From Mesotaenium endlicherianum (Eukaryota), in NCBI GenBank assembly GCA_009602735.1, contig WELA01001485.1:1-64000 (forward strand): a DNA stretch of 64,000 nucleotides, written 5' to 3'. The translations under genes were made by a program, and so were the position numbers. Under the pieces are notes generated by a model. It was not told the origin of the DNA, made no database searches, and saw nothing but the letters and a program-made list of their open reading frames with translations. Positions 18,343 through 28,117 of this stretch are shown here, in pieces (within the stretch, counting starts at the first letter, position 1; the number at the start of each line of letters is the position of its first letter).

Positions 18343-19824
18343 ATGAATCTTCATAATAAAATATATCACCGTTACTTCGTCTCTGCCGCTTTGTTGGCAC
18401 TGGTGGTGTTTACCGGATGCAACAAAACATTCCTGGATGTGCCGCCGCAGGGACAGCAGCCCAGTCAGCAATTCTGGAAATCAGATGCTGATGCTGCCAA
18501 GGCTGTGAATGCGATGTACGCCAATTTACATGAATGGAAGAATATTGCTTTCGCACCCATTGCCGTAGAAAGTATGGGCTCGGATGATGCAGAAAAAGGA
18601 AGCAGTCCGAGTGACGCTACCTTCATGAATAAATTCCACAACTTCACTGCTACTTCCACAGAAGGACAGATTGCCGACTTCTGGGCAGGTCAATACCAGA
18701 ACATCAATTTCGCCAACCAGGTATTAGACAATGTTCCCGGTATTACTATGGATGATAACCTTAAAAACCGTTACCTGGCAGAAGCTAAATTCATCAGGGC
18801 TTATTCCTATTTCAGGTTGGTACGCGCCTTCGGCGATGTGCCATTACGTTTAACAGTACCCAAAAGCGCTGCTGAATACAATGTTCCGCGCACACCAAAA
18901 GCGCAGGTATGGGCGGCTATTGAAAAAGACCTCACAGATGCGGCCGCTGTTTTACCGCAGTCTTATGGTGCAGCCGATGTAGGACGCGCTACAAAAGGGG
19001 CAGCCCTGGGTATGCTGGCCAAAGTATCTATGTACCAGAAGAAATGGCAAGCAGTATTCGATCTTACAACACAGGTAATGGGCATGGGATATAGCTTGTT
19101 CCCCGACTTCGAAAAACTCTTCCGCACACAGAATAAGAACAGTTCAGAATCTGTATTTGAGATACAGTGCAAACTGATACTGGGTAACAAAGCTGCTTCC
19201 AATTCGCAGTATTCCCAGGTACAGGGTGTTCGCGGATCTGTAGGTGGTGGATGGGGTTTCAATGTACCCACACCCGATCTCGTAGCTGAGTTCGAACCGG
19301 GAGATACACGCAAAGCAGGTACTATTATATTCAGAGGAGAAACCACTGCCGAAGGAGATGTAATACCGCCTACAGGTGACAATCCCATGTACAACAAAAA
19401 ATCTTATGTACCCTTCAGCCAGTATGTATCCGGTTACAATGAAGGAGCTGACCAGGATTTCATGGTATTGCGTTTTGCAGACATCCTGCTTATGAATGCA
19501 GAGGCCAGCAATGAACTGGGCAAACCAGCGCAGGCCCTGATATCACTCAATAAAGTACGTGCCAGGGCCCGTGGCGGTAATCCTGCTGTATTACCTGATG
19601 TTATCACAACCGATCAGGGAGCACTCCGCAATGCTATCTGGCACGAGCGCCGTGTAGAACTGGCCATGGAATTCGACCGGTTCTTCGATGTCATCCGCCA
19701 GGGTCGTGCGGCCACTGTGTTCGGACCAAGAGGATTCGTAGCAGGCAAGAATGAAGTGATGCCTATCCCTCAGAATGAAATAGACCTGAGCGCAGGTGTG
19801 TTGACACAAAATCCCGGGTATTAA
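18343..19824 (+). CDS. susD: SusD/RagB outer-membrane lipoprotein
   Basis: Lipobox FTGC; EAKFIRAYSYFRLVRAFGDVPL, RFADILLMNAEA, ERRVELAME, QNPGY. Confidence 0.95.
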   Translation: MNLHNKIYHRYFVSAALLALVVFTGCNKTFLDVPPQGQQPSQQFWKSDADAAKAVNAMYANLHEWKNIAFAPIAVESMGSDDAEKGSSPSDATFMNKFHNFTATSTEGQIADFWAGQYQNINFANQVLDNVPGITMDDNLKNRYLAEAKFIRAYSYFRLVRAFGDVPLRLTVPKSAAEYNVPRTPKAQVWAAIEKDLTDAAAVLPQSYGAADVGRATKGAALGMLAKVSMYQKKWQAVFDLTTQVMGMGYSLFPDFEKLFRTQNKNSSESVFEIQCKLILGNKAASNSQYSQVQGVRGSVGGGWGFNVPTPDLVAEFEPGDTRKAGTIIFRGETTAEGDVIPPTGDNPMYNKKSYVPFSQYVSGYNEGADQDFMVLRFADILLMNAEASNELGKPAQALISLNKVRARARGGNPAVLPDVITTDQGALRNAIWHERRVELAMEFDRFFDVIRQGRAATVFGPRGFVAGKNEVMPIPQNEIDLSAGVLTQNPGY

Positions 19825-19850
19825 TTCTTTGACAATTAAAGATCTTTTTT

Positions 19851-20687
19851 ATGAAATATATTAACAGACAACTATTGTTCTCACTCATCGCAGGTAGCAG
19901 TATGTTGCTCAGTTCCTGTTATAAAAAATTCGATCCCTCGAGCTATGCACCTGCCTTATCTATTGGCGGATATACCAGCGCTAAAAGCATTGCTCCCGGC
20001 AACCTGGTCGGCTACTGGTCGTTCGACAATAATGTAACTGACAGTGTAACGAATACAGCAGGCACGAATGTTGGGGTTGGTTTTGTGAATGGCATCAAAG
20101 GGTCAGCTATGCAGGGCGGCAACAACAAATATGTTTTGTTCAATCCGGGTTCGGGTATACAGAACCTGCAGAGTTTTACTGTTACCTCTTGGGTCAACAG
20201 TCCGCAAAACACCAATGGTATTGCCGGCATTCTCGATATAGCCAATACCAATTCATTTTGGGGCAACCTCACCATCTTCTTCGAGAATGGAGGTACTGCC
20301 ACCAATGCCAACCTGAAAGTACACGTGAATAACAATGGCAAAGACGCCTGGCTGGGTAATTACAACATCACCAATGCCTGGAATGTGTGGATGAATATTG
20401 CCGTAAGCTATGATGCAGCCAGCTCTACTTTCAAAGTATTCGTAAATGGTTCTAAAATTGCCACCCAGGTAGTGGCTAATTTCGGACCGCTGCAATTTCA
20501 GAATGCCACTAAAATGGTATTCGGAACCGTGCAGTTTCAAACAACTCCCAGTCTTACTTCTGCAACAGGTTCTCAACCATGGGCCAGTTTCATGACCGGT
20601 CAATTGGATGAAGTGCGTATTTACAATAAAGCGCTGGCAGAAACTGATATCAATGCATTGGTAAAACTGGAGGGAAGAGGCAAGTAA
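19851..20687 (+). CDS. LamG/concanavalin-A-like lipoprotein (surface glycan-binding)
   Basis: Lipobox LSSC; LVGYWSFD, GQLDEVRIYNKAL. Confidence 0.85.
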   Translation: MKYINRQLLFSLIAGSSMLLSSCYKKFDPSSYAPALSIGGYTSAKSIAPGNLVGYWSFDNNVTDSVTNTAGTNVGVGFVNGIKGSAMQGGNNKYVLFNPGSGIQNLQSFTVTSWVNSPQNTNGIAGILDIANTNSFWGNLTIFFENGGTATNANLKVHVNNNGKDAWLGNYNITNAWNVWMNIAVSYDAASSTFKVFVNGSKIATQVVANFGPLQFQNATKMVFGTVQFQTTPSLTSATGSQPWASFMTGQLDEVRIYNKALAETDINALVKLEGRGK

Positions 20688-20688
20688 C

Positions 20689-22356
20689 ATGAAACCTCAT
20701 TATCTGGTGGCGATGGGTTTACTGATGCTGGGTGCAGGCTGTGGTAAAACGGGTAATGATACCCGGCCTGCACCCACGCCACCGGCTTCATATAGTTTCA
20801 ATACTTTAACAGTGAACGGCGTTTTCAACGGGTTCAATTATACAAGCGTGAACTACACACCTGTGATCAGGCTGAACTTCACCGCGAAGTTGAACCGTAC
20901 CAGTGTTGCAGGCAATATCGTTTTCAAAGACAACAGTGGAGGCGTTGTTGCTTACACAACCGGGTTTGAGAATAACGATAGCACCGTTATCATTCAACCT
21001 GCCCAGGCATTGCGGCCGTTGAACAAATACAACATCACCGTATCGCAACAACTGCAGTCTGCTCCAGGCGGCTATTTGCAATCGGGTATCACGGTGAACC
21101 TGCAAACAAAAATCGACTCTACCAGGAAATTTCCGTTGATCTCAGACGACTCATTGCTTACGCTGGTACAGCGACAGACTTTTATTTATTTCTGGGATTT
21201 CGCACACCCGGCAAGCGGACTGGCCAGGGAAAGAAATACCAGTGGTGATGTGGTAACCAGCGGTGGTTCAGGCTTTGGCATCATGACCATTCCTGTTGCC
21301 GTCAACCGGCAATTCATTACGCGTGCACAGGGATTGACAAGGATGCAACAGATCGTGGGATTCCTGAAAAATACGGCGCAGAAATTCCATGGCGCTTTCC
21401 CGCACTGGTTGAATGGAGCCACCGGTGTTGTTGTTCCTTTCAGCGCAAAAGACAACGGGGCCGATCTGGTGGAAACGTCTTACCTGATGCAGGGATTATT
21501 ATGTGCCAGGCAATATTTCAACGGCAGCGATGCCGCAGAAACAGCATTGCGCGCCGATATCAATACATTGTGGAATAATGTTGAATGGAGTTGGTTTCAA
21601 CAAAACAACCAGAACGTACTGTATTGGCATTGGAGTCCCACCGATGCATGGATCATGAATATGCCCATCAGGGGATGGAATGAAGCATTGATCACTTACG
21701 TGCTGGCCGCTTCATCCAACACTTATGCCATTCCTAAAACGGTGTACGATGCCGGATGGGCTGGTGCCGCCAATTTTAAAAACGGCAATACTTATTATAA
21801 TTACAACCTGCCATTGGGTCCATCGATGGGAGGCCCTTTGTTCTTTGAGCATTATTCTTTTCTCGGCATCAATCCCAACGGGTTAACAGATGCTTATGCA
21901 GATTATACCATACAGACCAGGAATCATACACTGATCAATTATAATTATTGCAAAGCCAATCTCAAAAACCAGGTGGGATACAGCGATAGCTGCTGGGGGC
22001 TCACTGCCAGCGATATCCCGAATGGATATACGGCCAGTTCCCCTACCAATGATGCAGGTGTAATTGCACCTACTGCAGCGCTTTCTTCCTTCCCTTATAC
22101 GCCCAAAGAATCGATGCAGGCGCTGAAATTCTTTTACTATGTATTGGGTGATAAAATATGGGGAACCTATGGCTTCACGGATGCTTTCTCATTGAACGAT
22201 GGCTGGTTTGCCAGTTCATACCTGGCCATTGACCAGGGCCCCATTGTAGTAATGATTGAAAATTACAGAACCGGGTTGCTTTGGAATTTATTTACCAGCT
22301 GTCCCGAGATCAAAACAGGCATGAAAGCGCTTGGATTCCAGGCTGCTTATCTATAA
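20689..22356 (+). CDS. GH144 (glucoamylase-family) endo-beta-1,2-glucanase-like lipoprotein with N-terminal Ig-like domain
   Basis: QRQTFIYFWDFAHPASGLARER, DNGADLVETS, LYWHWSP, GWNEALITY, GGPLFFEHYSF, YLAIDQGPIVVMIENYRTGLLW. Confidence 0.88.
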   Translation: MKPHYLVAMGLLMLGAGCGKTGNDTRPAPTPPASYSFNTLTVNGVFNGFNYTSVNYTPVIRLNFTAKLNRTSVAGNIVFKDNSGGVVAYTTGFENNDSTVIIQPAQALRPLNKYNITVSQQLQSAPGGYLQSGITVNLQTKIDSTRKFPLISDDSLLTLVQRQTFIYFWDFAHPASGLARERNTSGDVVTSGGSGFGIMTIPVAVNRQFITRAQGLTRMQQIVGFLKNTAQKFHGAFPHWLNGATGVVVPFSAKDNGADLVETSYLMQGLLCARQYFNGSDAAETALRADINTLWNNVEWSWFQQNNQNVLYWHWSPTDAWIMNMPIRGWNEALITYVLAASSNTYAIPKTVYDAGWAGAANFKNGNTYYNYNLPLGPSMGGPLFFEHYSFLGINPNGLTDAYADYTIQTRNHTLINYNYCKANLKNQVGYSDSCWGLTASDIPNGYTASSPTNDAGVIAPTAALSSFPYTPKESMQALKFFYYVLGDKIWGTYGFTDAFSLNDGWFASSYLAIDQGPIVVMIENYRTGLLWNLFTSCPEIKTGMKALGFQAAYL

Positions 22357-22406
22357 TATTAACATGTAGTGCCATTAAAATGTCACTATCAAGATATATA
22401 ATTAGG

Positions 22407-22522
22407 TCGTCATCCCGAGCGAGCGGAGCGAGTCGAGGGAGCTGCGGAACCCTCAGTGAGATCCCTCGGCTGCCCCTTCGACTCGCTCCGCTCGCTCAGG
22501 GTGACGTTGCTCGGGATGACGA
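22407..22522. repeat. REP-like palindromic element (GTCATCCCGAGC...GCTCGGGATGAC) with a nested extra half-unit
   Basis: Terminal inverted repeats TCGTCATCCCGAGC / GCTCGGGATGACGA; related copies at 27988 and 63933. Confidence 0.8.
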
Positions 22523-22574
22523 TCAAAAAAACGGTATTATACTATTACTTACGTACGATTATAAAATAAAAGAC

Positions 22575-23894
22575 ATGAAAAAATCATTGAGCGTATGGCT
22601 CTGCATTTTATTGAGTACTTCTCTTTTCGCACAACAGATACCTGTTGCCAGAACAAAGAACCTCAGCGATACGGCTTTACTGGAATTGGTACAAAAGCAA
22701 ACCTTTAAATATTTCTGGGATTTCGGACACCCTGTAAGCGGTATGGCCCGCGAAAGAAGCAATGTGGCTTTCAATTATGGTCATGAAGTAGTAACCACCG
22801 GCGGTACCGGCTTTGGTGTGATGGCCATGGTGGTGGCAGCAGAAAGAAAATGGGTGCCTCGCGACTCTGTAGTGGCAAGATTATTGAAGATGGTTAAATT
22901 CCTTTCCAAAGCCAATTCCTATCATGGTGTTTTCCCGCATTGGTTGAACGGGGCAACCGGACAAACCATTCCCTTCAGCCGGAAAGACGATGGAGCCGAC
23001 TTAGTGGAAACCTCATTCTTATTCGAAGGGCTCCTCACTGCGCGTCAATATTTCAATGCGGGCAATAAAACAGAAACCGAATTGCGCAACCGCATCAACA
23101 GCTTGTGGAATGAAGTGGAATGGGATTGGTTTACCAGGGGCGGACAGGATGTACTCTACTGGCATTGGAGCCCCAACAATGACTGGAGCATGAACCATTC
23201 GCTCCGCGGATTCAATGAATGCCTGATTACCTATGTACTGGCAGCCAGCAGCGAACGGTACCCTGTTCAAAGCAATGTGTACCACCGCGGATGGGCCATC
23301 AACAATTATTTTAAAAACGGAAAAGAGTTCTATGGTATCAAACTGCCGCTTGGCTTTGATTATGGGGGGCCGCTGTTCTTCACACATTATTCTTTCCTGG
23401 GTCTAGACCCGAGAGGATTGAAAGACCGCTATGCCGATTACTGGCAGCAAAACCAGAACCACACGCTCATCAACCATGCCTATTGTTTAGATAACCCCAA
23501 AAAATTCAAAGGTTACGGAGCAAATTGCTGGGGCCTCACTGCAAGCGACAACCATCAGGGTTATAGCGCCCATTCACCCACCAATGACCTGGGTGTGATC
23601 ACACCTACTGCCGCGCTCTCGGCATTTCCTTATACGCCTGAATTTTCAATGAAAGCATTGCGTCATTTTTACGACGACCTGGGCGATAAGATATGGGGTG
23701 AATATGGTTTTACAGATGCTTTCAGTGAAGAACATAACTGGTATGCTCAATCGTACCTGGCCATTGACCAGGGGCCGATTGTTGTGATGATCGAAAACTA
23801 TCGTTCGGGCTTGTTGTGGAAGCTCTTCATGAGCTGTCCCGAAGTTCAACAAGGACTGAAGAAACTCGATTTCAAATCACCGTCTATCAATTGA
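22575..23894 (+). CDS. GH144 (glucoamylase-family) beta-1,2-glucanase-like protein
   Basis: Signal peptide MKKSLSVWLC... and the same GH144 motifs as the upstream paralog. The upstream ORF extension runs through the REP and is rejected. Confidence 0.9.
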   Translation: MKKSLSVWLCILLSTSLFAQQIPVARTKNLSDTALLELVQKQTFKYFWDFGHPVSGMARERSNVAFNYGHEVVTTGGTGFGVMAMVVAAERKWVPRDSVVARLLKMVKFLSKANSYHGVFPHWLNGATGQTIPFSRKDDGADLVETSFLFEGLLTARQYFNAGNKTETELRNRINSLWNEVEWDWFTRGGQDVLYWHWSPNNDWSMNHSLRGFNECLITYVLAASSERYPVQSNVYHRGWAINNYFKNGKEFYGIKLPLGFDYGGPLFFTHYSFLGLDPRGLKDRYADYWQQNQNHTLINHAYCLDNPKKFKGYGANCWGLTASDNHQGYSAHSPTNDLGVITPTAALSAFPYTPEFSMKALRHFYDDLGDKIWGEYGFTDAFSEEHNWYAQSYLAIDQGPIVVMIENYRSGLLWKLFMSCPEVQQGLKKLDFKSPSIN

Positions 23895-23897
23895 TCT

Positions 23898-25643
23898 ATG
23901 AAAAAGGCAAAGATTTATTGTTCCATTGCACTGGCATTGTTGCTGGGTACAAAAAGTTTCTCACAGCAACACACTTATTGCAACCCGATTAACATCGATT
24001 ACGGTTATACGCCTATTCCCAATTTCGCTACCGAAGGGAAGCACCGCGCTACAGCCGATCCGGTAATCGTAACGTACAAAGGCGACTATTATCTCTTCTC
24101 CACCAACCAATGGGGTTATTGGTGGAGCAGTGATATGAATCACTGGAATTTTGTTTCACGGTCGTTCTTACGACCCGAACACAACGTGTATGATGACCTG
24201 TGTGCGCCGGCAGTATGGGTGCAGGGAGATACTTTACTCGTTTTCGGCTCCACCTATACTTCCAAATTTCCCATTTGGATGAGCACCAATCCCAAAGCCA
24301 ATGAATGGAAAGAAGCCATTCATGATTTCACACCGGGGGGCTGGGATCCCGATTTCTTCAGGGACGATGATGGCAGGTTGTACCTATATCATGGCAGCAG
24401 CAATCGCTATCCTATCTATGGTGTAGAAGTGGATCCCAAAACATTTCAATTGATCGGCGCCAGGAAAGAAATGTATTTGCTGGAGCCTTATAAATATGGA
24501 TGGCAGCGCTTTGGAGAAAACCTCGACGATATTTTTCTCGATCCGTTTATTGAAGGCGCATGGATGACCAAACACAATGGCAAGTACTACCTGCAATATG
24601 GCGCTCCGGGAACAGAATTCAGTGGTTATGCAGATGGCGTGATTGTAGGCAATGCCCCGCTTGGGCCATTCAAGCCGCAGCCAATGCCCTTCAGTTATAA
24701 GCCTGGTGGCTTTGCACGTGGAGCGGGGCATGGCGCTACTTACCAGGACAAATGGAAAAACTATTGGCACATATCCACCATTGGCATATCGGTAAAAAAC
24801 AATTTCGAGCGGCGGGTAGGCATCTGGCCCACTGGTTTCGATAAAGATGGGGTGATGTATTGTAATACCGCATTTGGTGATTATCCGACTTACCTGCCTG
24901 ATGGCCCTGCTGATCATCTGAAAGGGAAATTCACCGGATGGATGTTGCTGAATTATAACAAGCCAGTAACCGTATCTTCTACCCTCGGCAGTTACAGTGC
25001 CAACAACGCTGTTGATGAAGACATCAAAACCTATTGGAGTGCCGCTACCGGCAATGCAGGAGAATGGATCGTGACCGATCTAGGAAATATCAGTACGGTT
25101 AATGCTGTACAGATCAATTACGCAGATCAGGATGCGGAATTTCTGGGTAAATCGCACGATGTATATCATCAATATCAGTTATGGTATTCTACAGATAACA
25201 AGCACTGGCAATTATTGGCAGACAAAAGCAAGAACAAAACCGACGTACCGCACGACTATGTTGAGCTGGACAATCCCGTTAAAGCCAAATACATCAAGCT
25301 GGTTAACCTGCACATGCCTACCGGCAAGTTTGCCCTCAGCGGCCTGCGGGTTTTTGGCAATGGCGGCGGTGCCAGGCCAGATACGGTTCAGCACTTCATC
25401 GTTTTGCGTACGGAAAAAGACAAGCGCAGCGCCTGGATCAAATGGCGTTTATCTGGCGATGCCTATGCATACAATATCTATACTGGTACGGAGCCGGACA
25501 AATTATACAATTGCATCATGGTGCACAATACCAACCAGTATTTTTTCAAAGCAATGGACAAAGACCTGCCTTTTTATTTCCAGATTGAAGCCATTAATGA
25601 AAATGGCGTATCGGAACGCACCAAAGTGATCAGGTCTGAATAA
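23898..25643 (+). CDS. GH43 glycoside hydrolase with C-terminal discoidin/CBM32 and FN3-like domains
   Basis: YCNPINIDY, ATADPVIV, WDPDFFRDDDGRLYLY, FIEGAWMTKHNGKYYLQY, NAVDEDIKTYWSA. Confidence 0.88.
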   Translation: MKKAKIYCSIALALLLGTKSFSQQHTYCNPINIDYGYTPIPNFATEGKHRATADPVIVTYKGDYYLFSTNQWGYWWSSDMNHWNFVSRSFLRPEHNVYDDLCAPAVWVQGDTLLVFGSTYTSKFPIWMSTNPKANEWKEAIHDFTPGGWDPDFFRDDDGRLYLYHGSSNRYPIYGVEVDPKTFQLIGARKEMYLLEPYKYGWQRFGENLDDIFLDPFIEGAWMTKHNGKYYLQYGAPGTEFSGYADGVIVGNAPLGPFKPQPMPFSYKPGGFARGAGHGATYQDKWKNYWHISTIGISVKNNFERRVGIWPTGFDKDGVMYCNTAFGDYPTYLPDGPADHLKGKFTGWMLLNYNKPVTVSSTLGSYSANNAVDEDIKTYWSAATGNAGEWIVTDLGNISTVNAVQINYADQDAEFLGKSHDVYHQYQLWYSTDNKHWQLLADKSKNKTDVPHDYVELDNPVKAKYIKLVNLHMPTGKFALSGLRVFGNGGGARPDTVQHFIVLRTEKDKRSAWIKWRLSGDAYAYNIYTGTEPDKLYNCIMVHNTNQYFFKAMDKDLPFYFQIEAINENGVSERTKVIRSE

Positions 25644-25683
25644 CTTTACCATACCAAATTCCTTTTACCATTCATCCAGCAAT

Positions 25684-27960
25684 ATGAAAAAGAATCACTT
25701 CATCGCCTTTTTTGTGGCTATCGCCTGTAGCTTCAACGCCCTGGCGCAAACGCCTTCATCCTCCAAAATGAATGCATTCATCACCGACCTCATGAGTAAA
25801 ATGACCCTCGATGAAAAGATCGGACAGCTCAACCTGCCTTCTGTGGGTTTTGATGTAACGGGTCCTATTTTGAGTCAGGGAGTGGAAGGAAAGTTAGAGA
25901 AAGGTTTAGTAGGAGGTGTGTTTAATACGTATACACCTGCTGCCATGCGCAAGTTGCAGGATATAGCCGTTAAAAAAACACGGTTGAAAATACCTTTGCT
26001 TTTCGGTTATGATGTGATCCACGGGCATAAGACTATTTTTCCTATACCTCTGGGTTTAGCTGCAAGCTGGGATCTCCCGTTGATAGAAAAAACTGCCAGA
26101 GCAGCTGCTGATGAAGCCAGTGCCGATGGTTTGAACTGGGTGTTCTCTCCCATGGTAGACATAGCACGCGACCCACGCTGGGGACGGGTTGCAGAAGGCA
26201 GCGGTGAAGACACATGGTTGGGATCTCAGATTGCAAAAGCAATGGTGATAGGATACCAGGGGGATGATCTCACGAAACAAGATGCCCTAATGGCCTGTGT
26301 AAAACATTTCGCACTCTATGGCGCTGCGGAGGCAGGAAGAGATTACAATACGGTGGACATGAGTGAGCGAAAAATGTTTGAAATGTACCTCCCTCCTTAC
26401 AAAGCCGCTATCGATGCCGGCGCCGGATCGGTAATGAGTTCTTTTAACGATATCAACGGAATTCCTGCCACTGCCAATCAATGGTTACTCACAGATGTGT
26501 TACGCAAGCAATGGGGTTTCAAGGGTTTGGTGGCTACAGATTATACTGCGATTTTGGAATTGATGAACCATGGATTGGGTGATGAAGCACAAGTGGGTAA
26601 GTTGGCGCTGATGGCCGGCTCTGATATGGATATGGTGAGTGAAATATTTCTCAACCGGTTAAAAAAACTGGTGACGGACAAAAAACTGGATGTGCATTAT
26701 ATAGACCAGGCTTGCAGGCGTGTGCTGGAAGCGAAATACAAACTCGGGTTGTTCAATGACCCTTATCGGGGAGTAAGTGAAGAGCGCGCAGCAAAAGAGA
26801 TCATGTCTTCAGAAAAAATGGAACTGGCCAGAACAGCCGCTACAAAAAGTATTGTGTTGTTGAAGAACCAGGACAATATCCTTCCTTTGAACAACCAACA
26901 GCGTATTGCATTCATTGGTCCGCTTGTAAAAGATCAGCGTAACCTCATCGGTTGCTGGAGTGGCGCTGGTGACTGGAAAAAAGCCACCAGCTTTTGGGAT
27001 GCGCTTACAGCACAATACCCGCAAAACAATTTCAGCTATGCCAAAGGCGCAAACCTTATCGATGACCCTGTACTGGTGAAAAAATTAAACCCGCATGGAG
27101 CCGCTATTACAGCAGATAGCCGCAGTGTAAAAGAGCTGATCGAAGAAGCCGTTGAGCATACCAATAAAGCAGATGTAGCTGTTGTATTCCTGGGAGAATC
27201 TGCGCTGATGAGCGGTGAGGCTGCCAGCAGAAGCGATATCAGCTTACCCGAAAACCAGCAGGTATTGCTACAAGCGTTAAAAGCAACCGGCAAACCCATC
27301 GTATTGGTGCTCATGAACGGCCGTCCGCTGACATTACAGTGGGAAGATGCCCACTTGAACGCAATAGTAGAGACCTGGTTTGCAGGCATGAAAGCCGGCA
27401 ATGCGATTGCAGATGTTCTTTTTGGCAAATACAACCCTTCTGGAAAATTGACCATGACTTTCCCAAGAAGTGTTGGGCAGATACCCATTTATTACAACGC
27501 TAAAAGCACGGGCAGGCCTTTCAGTGAAGGGCAAAAATATACCACACAATACCTCGACGTACCCAACACGCCATTGTATCCTTTTGGTTACGGACTGAGC
27601 TATACCCATTTCAATTACAGCGCCATCAGTTTGAATAAAACAAGCATCAAACCTTCAGAAAAGCTTACTGCTACTGTAACCATCAGCAACACTGGCAAAT
27701 ACGATGGAGAAGAAACGGCGCAGTTATACCTTCACGATGTAGTGGCTTCTGTAACAAGGCCCGTAAAAGAATTGAAAGGCTTTCAAAAAATATTCCTGAA
27801 AGCAGGTGAATCAAAAACCATTTCATTCACCATCGGCGCAGCCGATTTGAAATTTTACAACACCAACATGAAATACGCTTCCGAACCGGGAAAATTCAAA
27901 CTCTTCATCGGCACCAATTCACAAGAAGTAAAAGAAACCGAATTCGAACTGCTGCCATAA
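25684..27960 (+). CDS. bglX: GH3 beta-glucosidase BglX
   Basis: MTLDEKIGQL, DVIHG, RDPRWGRVAEG.GED, KHFALYGA.EAGRDYN, TDY, PLYPFGYGLSY. Confidence 0.93.
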   Translation: MKKNHFIAFFVAIACSFNALAQTPSSSKMNAFITDLMSKMTLDEKIGQLNLPSVGFDVTGPILSQGVEGKLEKGLVGGVFNTYTPAAMRKLQDIAVKKTRLKIPLLFGYDVIHGHKTIFPIPLGLAASWDLPLIEKTARAAADEASADGLNWVFSPMVDIARDPRWGRVAEGSGEDTWLGSQIAKAMVIGYQGDDLTKQDALMACVKHFALYGAAEAGRDYNTVDMSERKMFEMYLPPYKAAIDAGAGSVMSSFNDINGIPATANQWLLTDVLRKQWGFKGLVATDYTAILELMNHGLGDEAQVGKLALMAGSDMDMVSEIFLNRLKKLVTDKKLDVHYIDQACRRVLEAKYKLGLFNDPYRGVSEERAAKEIMSSEKMELARTAATKSIVLLKNQDNILPLNNQQRIAFIGPLVKDQRNLIGCWSGAGDWKKATSFWDALTAQYPQNNFSYAKGANLIDDPVLVKKLNPHGAAITADSRSVKELIEEAVEHTNKADVAVVFLGESALMSGEAASRSDISLPENQQVLLQALKATGKPIVLVLMNGRPLTLQWEDAHLNAIVETWFAGMKAGNAIADVLFGKYNPSGKLTMTFPRSVGQIPIYYNAKSTGRPFSEGQKYTTQYLDVPNTPLYPFGYGLSYTHFNYSAISLNKTSIKPSEKLTATVTISNTGKYDGEETAQLYLHDVVASVTRPVKELKGFQKIFLKAGESKTISFTIGAADLKFYNTNMKYASEPGKFKLFIGTNSQEVKETEFELLP

Positions 27961-27987
27961 TTGCAAATGCCCCAATGACTCAATAAA

Positions 27988-28069
27988 ACGTCATCCTGAG
28001 CGAACGAAGTGAGTCGAAGGATCTGCTTGAGCATTCGATGAGATCCCTCGGCTTCGCTCGGGATGACGT
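27988..28069. repeat. REP-like palindromic element between convergent genes
   Basis: ACGTCATCCTGAGCGAA...GAAGGATCT / AGATCCCTCG...TTCGCTCGGGATGACGT. Confidence 0.8.
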
Positions 28070-28117
28070 ATGAATGAACGTTTAGATGACATTTCATTGA
28101 GCCATTGAGCAATTAAT

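Noticed and set aside
22281..22574. N-terminal extension of the second GH144 in the ORF track
   Set aside because: It reads through the REP element and overlaps the upstream gene; the signal peptide starts at ATG 22575.
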